Part shown: positions 23,936 to 33,710 of the stretch, piece by piece
How the letters are laid out: every line of letters starts with the position of its first letter
How positions within the stretch are numbered: the first letter of the stretch is position 1
Origin: a virus
Lineage: Duplodnaviria; Heunggongvirae; Uroviricota; Caudoviricetes
DNA length: 45,144 nt
Reading direction: 5' to 3' (one strand)
IMG/VR virus record: IMGVR_UViG_2851976983_000003
Notes under the pieces: generated by a model
What the model was told of the DNA's origin: nothing
Database searches by the model: none
The model's input: only the letters and a program-made list of their open reading frames with translations
Made by a program: the position numbers and the translations under genes

Positions 23936-25496
23936 CGCCTTTTCCTCCCGTTGTCTGTCGGATCTGCTGCTGAAACGTATCCTTTATCCAGATGGGGCGG
24001 GGAAGACCGGCAGCCTGTCGCTCCTGGCTTTCACGCAGTTGCTGGCGGAAAATCTCCTGATAGTCATCTCCCATCAGGGCCAGCTCCTTCTCGTACGTAC
24101 TCAGGCCACCTTCAATACGCATCACCGCCTCCTGCACCTCCTTAAGGCCATCAATCGCCATGCGGCCGGCACCAATCCACTCGGCACGACACCACCCGGA
24201 ACGGGCCTCCCAGAATGAGAAACGGGATTCCGGCGGGCGGATCACACCGCGAATAAGGGCTTCCTCCAGCCAGCAGGCAAACATCTGTGACGCCAGTCGG
24301 CTGGCCACAAATTTTCGTTTCCCCATAAAATACCGCCACGACTCATTGGCGGATGCCCTGGCACTGGAATAACTGACCTGTGAATAATCACGGGAAAGCT
24401 GCTCATAGGACACGCCCAGTCCGGCAGCAATGTAACGTAACAGCGCCTTTTCCAGTTCAGAGAAACCATTATCCGCATTCTGTGCTGTCTGCAGATTCAG
24501 TGAATCCCCCGGATAAAGATGCGGAATACGAACCCCACCCATCTTTACCGTATTGGTGGCGTAATAGCGCGCATAGCCTTTCATGATGGTGTTCAGGGGA
24601 TTTTTACCGCCATTTCCCACCCCGGCGATATATTCAAATGCTTTTTCCGAATCCAGTGTGGATTCAATCGTCGCGGCATACATCGCCCGCACCACCGCCG
24701 ACTGCAGTTGCGTGGCCTGCAGTGTGTCGAGCATCTTGAGGCGCTCCATCACGGAATAAAACTGGTTGGCCCCGCGCGTCTGTCCGTCCTCCTGTGGCTG
24801 AAACACATGGATCATTCCCGGCCGCCCGGAGGGCAGCGTCGCCGCAATCCGTGTCCAGTTGCTGACACCGTAGCCAGGCCAGTCATCGTTCTGAACATGA
24901 TAAGCCATCGCCTTTCCGTAACGGTTGATTTCCACTCCGGCACGCATAAAACGATCGCCGATGCCATAACCGGGCGTGCTGACGCGCTTCGGACTGATGG
25001 TCTTGAATTTTGTTCTGAATAATGACGTGGATTCCGTATCCCATACGGGCTGGACAAAAATTTCACCGTTAAACGTATGAACGCCCACCCCTTCACGAAT
25101 AAATTCGGTAAACGAACGACGTCCCTCCACATCCATCGAACCAAACACAGGATCGCAATATTCCATCCACGCCGCCTCCACATCTTCAATAAAGGCATGC
25201 GAATCAGCTTCCGACATCCCCAGCCAGCGCCAGTTGGGTCGGTAGCTCAGGCGAAACATGTGGCCGACGATATGGTCTTTATGAATTTCCACAGCATTTG
25301 CGGCAATACCGTTGTTACGGACCAGATCATCCGCACGGGCGTTACCCAGCTGAATGGAAGGTAAGAGCGCCACGTCGGCACTTTCCGGTGCAGGCAGCCA
25401 TTCTGCCATTTGCCCACCGAACCCGGAACCACCACCAGAATATCCCATGCCTTGCCGTAAAGGCTGCCCATGAATATCCACCAGTTCCCCGTTCAC
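23925..25496 (-). CDS. B: Portal protein B
   Basis: 523 aa, lambda gpB-like. Confidence 0.95.
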   Translation of the reverse strand: MNGELVDIHGQPLRQGMGYSGGGSGFGGQMAEWLPAPESADVALLPSIQLGNARADDLVRNNGIAANAVEIHKDHIVGHMFRLSYRPNWRWLGMSEADSHAFIEDVEAAWMEYCDPVFGSMDVEGRRSFTEFIREGVGVHTFNGEIFVQPVWDTESTSLFRTKFKTISPKRVSTPGYGIGDRFMRAGVEINRYGKAMAYHVQNDDWPGYGVSNWTRIAATLPSGRPGMIHVFQPQEDGQTRGANQFYSVMERLKMLDTLQATQLQSAVVRAMYAATIESTLDSEKAFEYIAGVGNGGKNPLNTIMKGYARYYATNTVKMGGVRIPHLYPGDSLNLQTAQNADNGFSELEKALLRYIAAGLGVSYEQLSRDYSQVSYSSARASANESWRYFMGKRKFVASRLASQMFACWLEEALIRGVIRPPESRFSFWEARSGWCRAEWIGAGRMAIDGLKEVQEAVMRIEGGLSTYEKELALMGDDYQEIFRQQLRESQERQAAGLPRPIWIKDTFQQQIRQTTGGKGDAS

Positions 25497-25705
25497 AGCC
25501 CCACTCCTGCCGGACCACGACGCCGTCCGGATACACCCAGCGCACTTTCCAGCTTTTCAATATACTGACGCAGTTCACCAATTGTCGCCCGCGAATACTG
25601 AACCTGACGCCCGTCCTTGCTGACGGAAACCACAGCACGTCCGATCATCAGTTCATGTAACGCCCGACGGGCATCACAAAGCATTTCATGCGTATAAATC
25701 ATCAC
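25493..25705 (-). CDS. W: Head-tail joining protein W
   Basis: 70 aa; ARRALHELMIGRAVVSVSKDGRQVQY…RRRGPAG matches lambda gpW. Confidence 0.85.
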   Translation of the reverse strand: MMIYTHEMLCDARRALHELMIGRAVVSVSKDGRQVQYSRATIGELRQYIEKLESALGVSGRRRGPAGVGL

Positions 25706-27625
25706 TTATCCTCCACTCAGAGCAGCTGCGATTTCTTCAATAGTCATTTCATCGTCGTCCTGTTCATCTCTTCTGGCGCGGGCCAGTGCATCCAGATCCA
25801 GTTGCCACCGCTGAACGGAAATGCGCAGCGCTGCATAGGCATACACCAGACAGTCCAGGGCTTCATTACGCCGTTTTCTGGCATCCCACTGGAGTTTCAC
25901 CCGCCCGTTCACAACTTTTTCAACCAGCTCTTCTGCCACGAGTTGTTTAGCTTCAACATCAGAAAAAATGTCCGGGTTATCCAGAAAACGGAAGGTATAC
26001 GGTGCTACTTCACTGGCAGATACCACCGGCAGGGCAAAACGCGCATACAGCATTTCCTTGACGGTATCGGAACCCACCTCACACAAAAACACCCCACGCT
26101 GGTTTCGCTTTTTTGGCATGGTGATCACCGGCTTGCCGTACACCGACGCCCCTTTGATGGGGAGCACAAAAAAAGTGCCGTGTTTTCTGGATCGCTGATA
26201 CACAATGTCCTGGTCAATACCACCGGTATCCCAGCAGACGCGGGAAATGGAAATTTCAGTGCCATCTGCATGACGGTATTTTTTCCGGATCACGGCATCA
26301 ACGCGTTTAAGGGTGTCCTCATCTTCCGGTCTCCCCATGATGATCTGCTTGTCAATCAGAAAAGCTTCTTCGCCAGGAGCCCAGCCCCAGACATAAATCT
26401 CATAACGGTTTTTCTGAGAGTCGATCCCTGCGGTCAGGTAAACCACCCGCAGGGGAACCTGCGCATCATAGTGGCAGACTTTTTCCAGCAACAACTCAAA
26501 GCTCAGTTTTTCTGCCACAGCCTCTTCATAAGGCTCCCCCAGCGTGGTGTTAATGAACGTCTTGACGCCATTCGGATCCTTCAGTGCATCAAGCCAGTCA
26601 TAAACAATCTGTACCCAGGTGGTGAACGGGCTGTATGCCGTCCAGATGTGGTACGAGATTGAGCGCGGTGGCGGGATTTCCTCATCACCGGCGCTGTAAA
26701 ATGTCAGACCGTCACGCGTCCACATCCCGGTATTGTCACAAATCCACCGCCCGTCGGTCTGGTCAAGTTCCGACTGCCGGATCACACAGCCATTATGTTC
26801 ACACAGGTAATACACCGTTTCCGGTTTACCCTTCTCCCATTTCAGGCCAAACGGCGTCGCATCATCGCCAAACTTCAGATACTGGGCTTCACCACAATGA
26901 GGGCAAGGGACATAAAATCGCATGAAATGCGCAGATTCATTCGCGGCTTTTTCAATCTGGCAAAAACCTTTAATTTTGGGCGTTGAGCCGCGTATGGATT
27001 TAGGCCATACCGAACCTTCGATACGCTTATCGCCAAGCAGGGTTGGTGAACCTTCTTTTTCCACATCCGGTTCAAACGAGGAGAGTTCGTCATAGCAGAC
27101 CACATCCACAGATTTTTCACGGTAGTTTTTGGCAGCAGCTCCGCCCAGACACCAGAATCCCACACCGGAGGAGAAACGTTTCAGGGTAAGCGTGTTGTCC
27201 CGATGTTTTCTGCCAAACCACGGAGCCAGCTCCAGTAATACAGGAACGTCTCTTATCGTTGGTTCGACATGGGATTTCATAAAATCTTCTGCCGCAGAAT
27301 CTGTCGGCTGAAAAAGCAGGCTGTTACGGGATTTGTGTTCAATAAAATAAGCCTCCACCCCCAACAGCATTTTGGTGTAACCAACACGCGCCGATTTAAT
27401 CAGATTAACGGTGCGGATCCGGTCATTCCCCATGCTGTTCATGATGGCAACCTGAAACGGCAGTGTTTCCCATTGCCCGGGAGTATATGAAGACTCTTTT
27501 GGCAGATAATAATACTGATCAGCCCACTGAACTGTCGTCAGTGGTACCGGAATATTGAGAGATACAAGCCCTGTTGCTATCGCACCGGCTGCATTAGCTG
27601 CCTTCTGTGCGTCTGAAATCATCAA
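25706..27625 (-). CDS. A: Terminase large subunit A
   Basis: 639 aa, lambda gpA-like; start overlaps the end of nu1 as in lambda. Confidence 0.95.
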   Translation of the reverse strand: MMISDAQKAANAAGAIATGLVSLNIPVPLTTVQWADQYYYLPKESSYTPGQWETLPFQVAIMNSMGNDRIRTVNLIKSARVGYTKMLLGVEAYFIEHKSRNSLLFQPTDSAAEDFMKSHVEPTIRDVPVLLELAPWFGRKHRDNTLTLKRFSSGVGFWCLGGAAAKNYREKSVDVVCYDELSSFEPDVEKEGSPTLLGDKRIEGSVWPKSIRGSTPKIKGFCQIEKAANESAHFMRFYVPCPHCGEAQYLKFGDDATPFGLKWEKGKPETVYYLCEHNGCVIRQSELDQTDGRWICDNTGMWTRDGLTFYSAGDEEIPPPRSISYHIWTAYSPFTTWVQIVYDWLDALKDPNGVKTFINTTLGEPYEEAVAEKLSFELLLEKVCHYDAQVPLRVVYLTAGIDSQKNRYEIYVWGWAPGEEAFLIDKQIIMGRPEDEDTLKRVDAVIRKKYRHADGTEISISRVCWDTGGIDQDIVYQRSRKHGTFFVLPIKGASVYGKPVITMPKKRNQRGVFLCEVGSDTVKEMLYARFALPVVSASEVAPYTFRFLDNPDIFSDVEAKQLVAEELVEKVVNGRVKLQWDARKRRNEALDCLVYAYAALRISVQRWQLDLDALARARRDEQDDDEMTIEEIAAALSGG

Positions 27626-28142
27626 TCCACCCGCCTACGTTCTCACCAGCTTTAGCTGCAACGTTGGAGGCTTTTGCGATTTCAGTTTTCACCACATCAA
27701 GGTGTGACGGTGAAATATCCGGATATTTACGCTGTAATGTCAGCGGCACACGTACAAGTATCCCCGAAATCTCCTGTGCCACACGTTGCAGAATGAAGGT
27801 AAACAATTCCGTTTCCAGTACCAGCCCTTCTTCGCGGGCATTCTTCAGTTCCTGTGCATCAGCCTGTGCTTTTGTGAGTCGGTAGCGTTCATAATCAATG
27901 GTGCCGGGTTGTAAATCTGATTCCGCAGCCGCACGCAAATCCTCGGTCTCTTTGCGGAGTTTTTCGTTTTCAATATCGGCTTCGCGTTGCGCATACCACT
28001 GAATTGCCATGGAGGTATCAAATACAGATTCAACGCCCTTACCACCTCCGGAGACGCAAGGGAGTCCCTGAGACTGCCAGCGTTCAATCGTTCGCGGATC
28101 CACGTTGAAAATTTCGGCAAGTTTCTTTTTGTTAACCTTCAT
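27594..28142 (-). CDS. nu1: Terminase small subunit Nu1
   Basis: 182 aa; [28 protein letters not shown]…ADIENEKLR…[29 protein letters not shown] closely matches lambda Nu1. Confidence 0.9.
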   Translation of the reverse strand: MKVNKKKLAEIFNVDPRTIERWQSQGLPCVSGGGKGVESVFDTSMAIQWYAQREADIENEKLRKETEDLRAAAESDLQPGTIDYERYRLTKAQADAQELKNAREEGLVLETELFTFILQRVAQEISGILVRVPLTLQRKYPDISPSHLDVVKTEIAKASNVAAKAGENVGGWIDDFRRTEGS

Positions 28143-28149
28143 GAAACAG

Positions 28150-28330
28150 TCTCACAACAAACACAGGGTCCGACATGAAAGTGCCCGAAAATGACTTTTT
28201 TAGGCGTTTTCATGTCGGACCTTTTACGGATTCGATATTAGAAAAAACAAATAGTTATGTTCGAGAAGTACCGACATGATTTTCCCCGGAAAATTTTCAT
28301 AAATAGCGAAAACCCGCGCGCCTTCCGCCC
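28150..28330 (-). other. cos site: cosN-like nick region (12-nt end GGGCGGAAGGCG at 28319-28330) plus cosB with three ATGTCGG-type repeats
   Basis: Minus strand reads GGGCGGAAGGCGCGCGGGTTTTCGCTATTTATGAAAATTTTCCGG, nearly identical to the lambda left end GGGCGGCGACCTCGCGGGTTTTCGCTATTTATGAAAATTTTCCGG; about 180 bp upstream of nu1. Confidence 0.75.
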
Positions 28331-28604
28331 CGTGGCAGGCCACCCCACCGGAAGGACCCGCACAAATGAGAGCTTTTATCATTAACATTTACAGATAAGA
28401 TGACGTACATCATTGAAACGCCATTCAGCCATATACCGGCAGCATTCGTAGTTGCACTCCGTAACCCTGCGACTAAGGTTGAAAGCATGGCCATCTTTTT
28501 GCCACCGGCAAATCTTCAATGGATTTCCCCTGCCGGTTTTTTATTTCTCACATTATCGCAGCCACTCAGTGTGAAGGGCTGCTGTAATGCCGCAATCTTT
28601 TTTA

Positions 28605-28632
28605 ACATGAAAAAGGCCGCAGAGCGGCCTTT
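28605..28632 (-). terminator. Rho-independent terminator downstream of the 71-aa ORF
   Basis: ggccgc-aga-gcggcc stem followed on the minus strand by a T-rich run. Confidence 0.55.
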
Positions 28633-28651
28633 ATGGTTTATTGACAATTGA

Positions 28652-28867
28652 TTAAGACGTGTGGCACTTATTGGCACACCAATAGCAACCATTCACCCGG
28701 GAATATCCTTTGGCCTTTGCCTCTGTTACCGCCGAAGAACAATCACTATAGTAACCAAGGTAATCGCGGTTAGCTACAGCAGGAAGATATGAACATTCCT
28801 CAGCATGCACCTCATGATCGCCATTGCTCTGAGCATTTTTGTTCACGTAATAGTGTTTAAAAACCAT
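28652..28867 (-). CDS. Hypothetical small Cys/His-rich protein (moron between lysis genes and cos)
   Basis: 71-aa ORF with 5 Cys and several His (…NGCYWCANKCH), in AT-rich DNA and followed by a terminator; function unknown. Confidence 0.4.
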   Translation of the reverse strand: MVFKHYYVNKNAQSNGDHEVHAEECSYLPAVANRDYLGYYSDCSSAVTEAKAKGYSRVNGCYWCANKCHTS

Positions 28868-28990
28868 TGTATAACTCCATGTTGACGCTGATATTCAGCA
28901 TTAACATGCTATATCACCAATTACACAAACATAAGCTTGTTATTTCAATTAGTTGATAACGATCACCACTGAACTTTGGACTTGCGAAAT

Positions 28991-29200
28991 TCAAATGTTT
29001 TTCTGACTATTATTGGGCCGATAAACAGATATTATTTGAGCGTTTTGGTTCATTACATAAGCAATATCTCCATCTTTCAGAATGACTTTCCCATCCTTTC
29101 CCGATACGGCAATACTCCGCTGCTCTGGATGATAGCCAATGCTACGCCCGCAATGGAGCTCTTCCCCACCATTTTGAGACATGACTTTTACAGTTAACAT
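28991..29200 (-). CDS. Hypothetical small protein
   Basis: 69-aa ORF in an AT-rich segment in late-gene orientation; no recognisable motif. Confidence 0.3.
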   Translation of the reverse strand: MLTVKVMSQNGGEELHCGRSIGYHPEQRSIAVSGKDGKVILKDGDIAYVMNQNAQIISVYRPNNSQKNI

Positions 29201-29287
29201 TTTTCTGCTCCTATTTAGATGCCCTTTCCATCCGGGCCACTGTTCAAAGTAAATTTAGATTCAACAATATTCTGCTCTTACAGGCGA

Positions 29288-29470
29288 TCAGTTCTGCATA
29301 CACTGCCTGGCACTTTCGACAATTTCGCAGACCTGCGAGGCCGTATCGAAAAGCTGGCGCACCTTATCCAGGCTAACGCATCCCACCAGGAAAAAAGGCA
29401 CCAGTATCGCTACCAGTGCCCATTTCGCCGCCGTTCGCGGCATTCTGTGTGTCCAGTGTTTTCGGCTCAT
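29288..29470 (-). CDS. Putative small lipoprotein (possible spanin-like lysis accessory protein)
   Basis: Start placed at MSRKHW…; signal-like hydrophobic stretch and lipobox-like FFLVGC; overlaps the 3' end of the endolysin gene. Not Pro-rich like Rz1. Confidence 0.4.
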   Translation of the reverse strand: MSRKHWTHRMPRTAAKWALVAILVPFFLVGCVSLDKVRQLFDTASQVCEIVESARQCMQN

Positions 29471-29484
29471 AAACCACCTGGTTA

Positions 29485-29868
29485 TTAGCGCTTCAACTGA
29501 AAGTGAGGCCCGTCTTTCAGTGTTTTCCAGTCCCCGCCCCATTCGATGGCAGTTCCCAGCTCTGCGGCAGCCTGCTTAAATGCCTGCGCGATTTTCTCGT
29601 ACAGAGGCCAGTCCCATGACACCTGGCTACCAATGTAGGCCACAACATCCACCGCATCACCGGTCAGGTGGCGGCTGTTCATGGTCTGGCTTTTCCCTTC
29701 CGCGACCAGCTGCTTCTGGCGATACTTACTGCGCAGGCCTTCCGTAATACCGAAGTCAACCTCCGTCAGCTCCAGCGCACGGCGAACAACAGCAACCAGC
29801 TGTGGTTTGACGCCCTCCAGATTTTTCTCACTTCGACGACTGAATCTGAATTTACCGGGCATACTCAC
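29485..29868 (-). CDS. Endolysin, peptidase M15-type (L-alanyl-D-glutamate endopeptidase-like)
   Basis: 127 aa; SRHLTGDAVDV and GGDW…DGPHFQ zinc-binding motifs typical of M15 peptidases; sits in the lysis cassette. Confidence 0.8.
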   Translation of the reverse strand: MSMPGKFRFSRRSEKNLEGVKPQLVAVVRRALELTEVDFGITEGLRSKYRQKQLVAEGKSQTMNSRHLTGDAVDVVAYIGSQVSWDWPLYEKIAQAFKQAAAELGTAIEWGGDWKTLKDGPHFQLKR

Positions 29869-30140
29869 CTCCGTAATGAAAGGATTTTTGAAACGTTCCC
29901 GCGTGCACGTATCACCAGCACGCAGAACAGCAGATTAAGCCCCACCGCCAGCCAGTTCGCCGCTAACGGGCGACCGCACAGATAACTGAGTGGTGCAAAG
30001 GCATACAGCAGCATCAGCAGCCAGGCCAGCCATGACATCAGCGGCTTATGTCTGGAATCGCGACGACGATAAAAAAAGAGCGTCAGCACGATAACCGTGC
30101 ATAACGCCACATTCAGCAATCCGGGAAGGTTACTTAACAT
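29865..30140 (-). CDS. Putative lysis-cassette membrane protein (holin/antiholin-like, 2-3 TM segments)
   Basis: Start placed at MLSNLPGLLNVALCTVIVLTLFFY…; hydrophobic helices; between the holin-like gene and the endolysin. Confidence 0.45.
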   Translation of the reverse strand: MLSNLPGLLNVALCTVIVLTLFFYRRRDSRHKPLMSWLAWLLMLLYAFAPLSYLCGRPLAANWLAVGLNLLFCVLVIRARGNVSKILSLRR

Positions 30141-30522
30141 TGCCGCCACCTCCGCCCCGCAGGCGGGAGAACACACCGGACACCAGCGATGCAATATCCT
30201 GCTGGTGGATGAACGACAGAACCTTCACCGACACCACCGATACCAGCACCGCACACAGCGCATCTGCCGATGTACCGTCATACCCTGTTTTTGATGCAAT
30301 CCAGGCTGACAGCACACGCGCTCCCAGCACGCCGACAATAAACGACACCAGAAAATGCGCCACCACACGCCAGACTGAAAGCGCCTGCGGCATCGTTGCC
30401 ACAAATAACGCCCCGGCGAACGCACCAAACACAATCCCGAAATCCGTTCCGGTAAACAGCCCGTACACCGTCGCCCCACCGAGCGCCGCAGCCGTGCCGG
30501 AACCGGATAAGGGTTCAGACAT
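30130..30522 (-). CDS. Putative holin (multi-TM, Gly/Ala-rich)
   Basis: Start placed at MSEPLSGSGTAAALGG…; several hydrophobic segments; first gene of the lysis cassette. Confidence 0.5.
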   Translation of the reverse strand: MSEPLSGSGTAAALGGATVYGLFTGTDFGIVFGAFAGALFVATMPQALSVWRVVAHFLVSFIVGVLGARVLSAWIASKTGYDGTSADALCAVLVSVVSVKVLSFIHQQDIASLVSGVFSRLRGGGGGNVK

Positions 30523-30539
30523 ACGTTTTTCTCCTGTAA

Positions 30540-30565
30540 ATAAAAAAGGGCCGCCAGCGGCCCGT
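30540..30565 (-). terminator. Rho-independent terminator immediately upstream of the lysis cassette
   Basis: gggccgc-ca-gcggccc hairpin followed on the minus strand by TTTTTTATTT. Confidence 0.6.
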
Positions 30566-30689
30566 AAAAACACCCCGTCAAAGGCACCCGCAGATGCCTT
30601 TTGCGCGGCGTTATTTGATGTGATATGCGCCGGGTGTGGCGAGGATATGAAAAAGGCCCGCCGTAGCGAGCCATGAAAAAAAAATGAAT

Positions 30690-30718
30690 AAAAAAAACCG
30701 CCTGGTGCGGCGGTTAAG
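30690..30718 (-). terminator. Second rho-independent terminator between the tRNA array and the holin
   Basis: aaccgcc-tggtgc-ggcggtt hairpin followed on the minus strand by a long T run. Confidence 0.55.
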
Positions 30719-30990
30719 GATGTATTTCCAGGTTTTGCTTAGTACGCGATTAATCTCAACGTTATTCTGAGCGATGCTTACAACATCGGAATGATGCATC
30801 ACCGACCCTGCCAGGAAATACAAAATCTCCACCGATAATGCACCATTCTGCTGTCGTAAAAAAATCAGCACTGAGGCTACACCTGGCCTCAAATTATAGC
30901 CAGAGAACAGAATGCTTTTTCAAAACAACCTGCTCCCACGTAATAAAAAATACACCAGTGCCGCAATACAATAAGGCTTGTTGCAAATGC

Positions 30991-31065
<75 letters not shown>

Positions 31066-31068
31066 ATA

Positions 31069-31144
<76 letters not shown>

Positions 31145-31146
31145 AC

Positions 31147-31223
31147 TGGACCGCCACCGGGGACTCGAACCTCGCACACTCAACTTAAAGGGTTGACGCT
31201 CTTTCCTGATGAACTGGTGACAG
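31147..31223 (-). tRNA. tRNA-like gene, atypical (anticodon loop CCUUUAA, nominal anticodon UUU; possibly degenerate)
   Basis: 77-nt foldable cloverleaf with encoded CCA, but two G-U pairs in the acceptor stem, C at position 8, C at position 33 and an A-C mismatch in the T stem. Confidence 0.45.
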
Positions 31224-31224
31224 T

Positions 31225-31300
31225 TGGTGGCCCTTGCTGGATTTGAACCAGCGACCTGGCGATTATGAGTCGCTCGCTCTCACCACTGAGCTAAAGGGCC
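31225..31300 (-). tRNA. tRNA-Ile2/Met-type (anticodon CAU; ileZ/ileX-like)
   Basis: 76-nt cloverleaf, acceptor ggccctt/aagggcc, anticodon loop ctcataa, T-loop ttcaaat, CCA. Confidence 0.8.
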
Positions 31301-31349
31301 GGGAGCAGAATAATAATGGTGCGTAATTAATTCTGCAATCTCATCCGTT

Positions 31350-32399
31350 TCAAACGATTAAATCCTGAACTTCCCTGACTGTCTGTTCAAAACGTCCTGT
31401 CTCCAGCTCAACACCAATCGCACAACGCCCCAGTGCCATCGCCGCTTTTACCGTTGAACCTGAACCCATAAAAAAATCTGCAACCAGGTCTCCCGGACGA
31501 CTGCTCGCGTTGATTATCTGCTGCAGCATTTCTGCCGGTTTTTCGCACGGATGTTTCCCTGGATAGTACTGCACCGGTTTATGCGTCCAGACATCGGTGT
31601 ACGGAACCTGCGCCGTCACACCGAAATACCGCCGCAAATTTTTATATTCACTCAGCAATTCCGTATACTGCCGGTTCAGCTCACTGTATGTGCTGACCAG
31701 CTGGTGGTGTGGTTTTTCCAGTTCCCCGCGCTGATGTTTTTCTGCCGCAACACGCGCAAACAACGCCTGCAATTTGTTGTAATCACCCTCGTTCGGTAAC
31801 TGCCACTGACTGGTACCAAACCAGTGCGAAGCCATGTTTTTCTTTCCGGTGGCTTCCGCTATCTGTTTTGACGTTATTCCCAGTGATTTACGCGCATCAC
31901 GAAAGTAAGAAATCAGCGGGGCCATGACGTGCTGTTTTAGCTCGCGCCCCTGTGCCACATAGCCATCATCTTTCGGGCGATACGGTCCCTGATAATGTTC
32001 TGCAAACAGAATGCGCTCTGTTGCCGGAAAATACGCCCGCAGACTTTCCTTATTGCACCCGTTCCAGCGTCCGGACGGCTTCGCCCAGATAATGTGGTTC
32101 AGCACATTAAAGCGCTCACGCATCATGATTTCGGTGTCAGATGCCAGGCGATGACCACAGAACAGGTAAAGACTTCCGGCAGGCTTCAGTACCCGCCAGA
32201 ACTGCGCCAGACACTGGTCCAGCCATTTCAGGTAATCATCGTCGCCCTCCCACTGGTTATCCCAGCCCTCGGGCTTCACTTTAAAGTATGGCGGGTCTGT
32301 GACTATCAGATCGACAGAGTTTTCCGGTAAGGTCTGGATAAATTTCAGGCAATCAGCGTTGATTAACTCACAACTGGATATTTTTACAGTATTAGTCAT
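31350..32399 (-). CDS. Orphan DNA methyltransferase (N6-adenine/N4-cytosine, DPPY motif)
   Basis: 349 aa; IVTDPPYF catalytic motif near the N-terminus and FMGSGST SAM-binding motif near the C-terminus; no adjacent restriction endonuclease gene. Confidence 0.85.
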   Translation of the reverse strand: MTNTVKISSCELINADCLKFIQTLPENSVDLIVTDPPYFKVKPEGWDNQWEGDDDYLKWLDQCLAQFWRVLKPAGSLYLFCGHRLASDTEIMMRERFNVLNHIIWAKPSGRWNGCNKESLRAYFPATERILFAEHYQGPYRPKDDGYVAQGRELKQHVMAPLISYFRDARKSLGITSKQIAEATGKKNMASHWFGTSQWQLPNEGDYNKLQALFARVAAEKHQRGELEKPHHQLVSTYSELNRQYTELLSEYKNLRRYFGVTAQVPYTDVWTHKPVQYYPGKHPCEKPAEMLQQIINASSRPGDLVADFFMGSGSTVKAAMALGRCAIGVELETGRFEQTVREVQDLIV

Positions 32400-32549
32400 A
32401 GATCAATAAGCACTTCTCTGATAGGCTCATACTGCTTTTGCGCAAAGCAGATGGGCCTGAGGTTTGCTTGTGACCCCAACGCATGAGCAGATGGCTGGCA
32501 GGTGCCGCTAACACCCACCAGCCGCCCATTACCACAAATTAAAAAGCCT

Positions 32550-32747
32550 TCACTGCAGAAGGCGTCTGTAACAACCGAACTGATAATCTGCCAGACCCGC
32601 CATAACAAGCTGGGTCAGGATTAACTGGCAGCGTTCGCGTGAAAGGTAAGTATTCTGCGCAATTTCCCCGACGGTCGCCGGTTCGGTGACGCTTAATTCA
32701 TTAAACACCACTCTGGCGGTTTCGGTCATATCCTGCTGTTTTAGCAT
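32550..32747 (-). CDS. Hypothetical small protein (possible winged-helix/HTH)
   Basis: Start placed at MLKQQDMTETARVVFNELSV…; short ORF upstream of the methyltransferase; function unknown. Confidence 0.35.
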   Translation of the reverse strand: MLKQQDMTETARVVFNELSVTEPATVGEIAQNTYLSRERCQLILTQLVMAGLADYQFGCYRRLLQ

Positions 32748-32966
32748 GTCTTTTTCCCTTTTCTGGTTAACGTGACATACCAATAACTCTTGTCTAAAAA
32801 GCCAGCAAGCTGAAAGACCGGTATTCGCAACCACCAGCGCGTTTAACGTACTGCATCAATTTTCGAGCATAAAAAGACCGCCTGAGGGCAGCCTTTTTAC
32901 ATTAAAATTAAGTTTTCTTTAACTATGTTGTATGTGAAATTAGCATTCCCTACTGAGTTTATACAA

Positions 32967-33710
32967 CTAATCTGACGTCACACGCACCATTATACTTACT
33001 AAAGAAAAGTCATCATCAGGTCCGGCTCTCTCTATACGACGCAAAATGCCATTAGAAAACTTCTGACTATTACTCATCGTATTTGATGTAAATCTGGGGC
33101 GTTTTTCCCAAACGTTATGAACCCCATCAGACATGATACACAGATGATATACCCCGTTAATACTAGGTAAATCTTTCCATGTGATAAAATCACAGTCGTA
33201 TTCCATATCAACATTTGAGGCTATAGCCGTCGTTAAGATATTTTTGCCCGGTTTATCCTTCAAATCTCTGGGTTTAAAAATATTCTGATCAATTAGCATC
33301 TGATGCCTGGTATCGTCCTTCGTCAATTGGTATGCTTTCTTCTCTCCAATGCAATACAAACGACAATCACCAATATGACCAATAATAATTCCGCTATCAC
33401 AAACATAACAAAACGTAAGTGTAGTAGCAGCTTTATCGAACTCATCATTAACATCAGCTAACGACATAACCTTTCGCTTAACTTCATCAAATACATCCGG
33501 AACTGTGTCAAAAGATAAGCTTGTCAATGCTGAAAGTTCAGCAATTGCCATTGATGAAGCCTGACTGGCACCAGTGTATGAACCTACACCATCAGCTACG
33601 GCAAATAAGATGCCATCCCCTACAATTTTGGGAGGAAGCAATGAATCTTCGTTGACCCTACCTGGTTCTTTTGGATACGAGAATGATGAAGTCGCTATCA
33701 GCTGAATCAT
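32967..33710 (-). CDS. PP2C-family Ser/Thr protein phosphatase
   Basis: 247 aa; PP2C motifs AVADGVGS, GDCRLY, SDGV and a C-terminal acidic DDD cluster; start ATG overlaps the kinase stop (ATGA). Confidence 0.8.
   Translation of the reverse strand: MIQLIATSSFSYPKEPGRVNEDSLLPPKIVGDGILFAVADGVGSYTGASQASSMAIAELSALTSLSFDTVPDVFDEVKRKVMSLADVNDEFDKAATTLTFCYVCDSGIIIGHIGDCRLYCIGEKKAYQLTKDDTRHQMLIDQNIFKPRDLKDKPGKNILTTAIASNVDMEYDCDFITWKDLPSINGVYHLCIMSDGVHNVWEKRPRFTSNTMSNSQKFSNGILRRIERAGPDDDFSLVSIMVRVTSD

Noticed and set aside
25688-26662. 324-aa plus-strand ORF opposite terminase A
   Set aside because: Antisense to the well-conserved gpA coding sequence; shadow ORF.
30574-30990. Shiga toxin (stx) genes at the tRNA-to-lysis junction
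   Set aside because: The interval is about 420 bp, has no ORF of appropriate size and contains only terminator hairpins; no stxA/stxB-like coding sequence is present.
32835-32966. Terminator between the phosphatase and the small ORF (aaaaagaccgcctgagggcagcctttttac)
   Set aside because: The flanking arms (gaccgcc / ggcagcc) are not complementary; only a short palindrome around cctgaggg pairs, so it is not a convincing intrinsic terminator.
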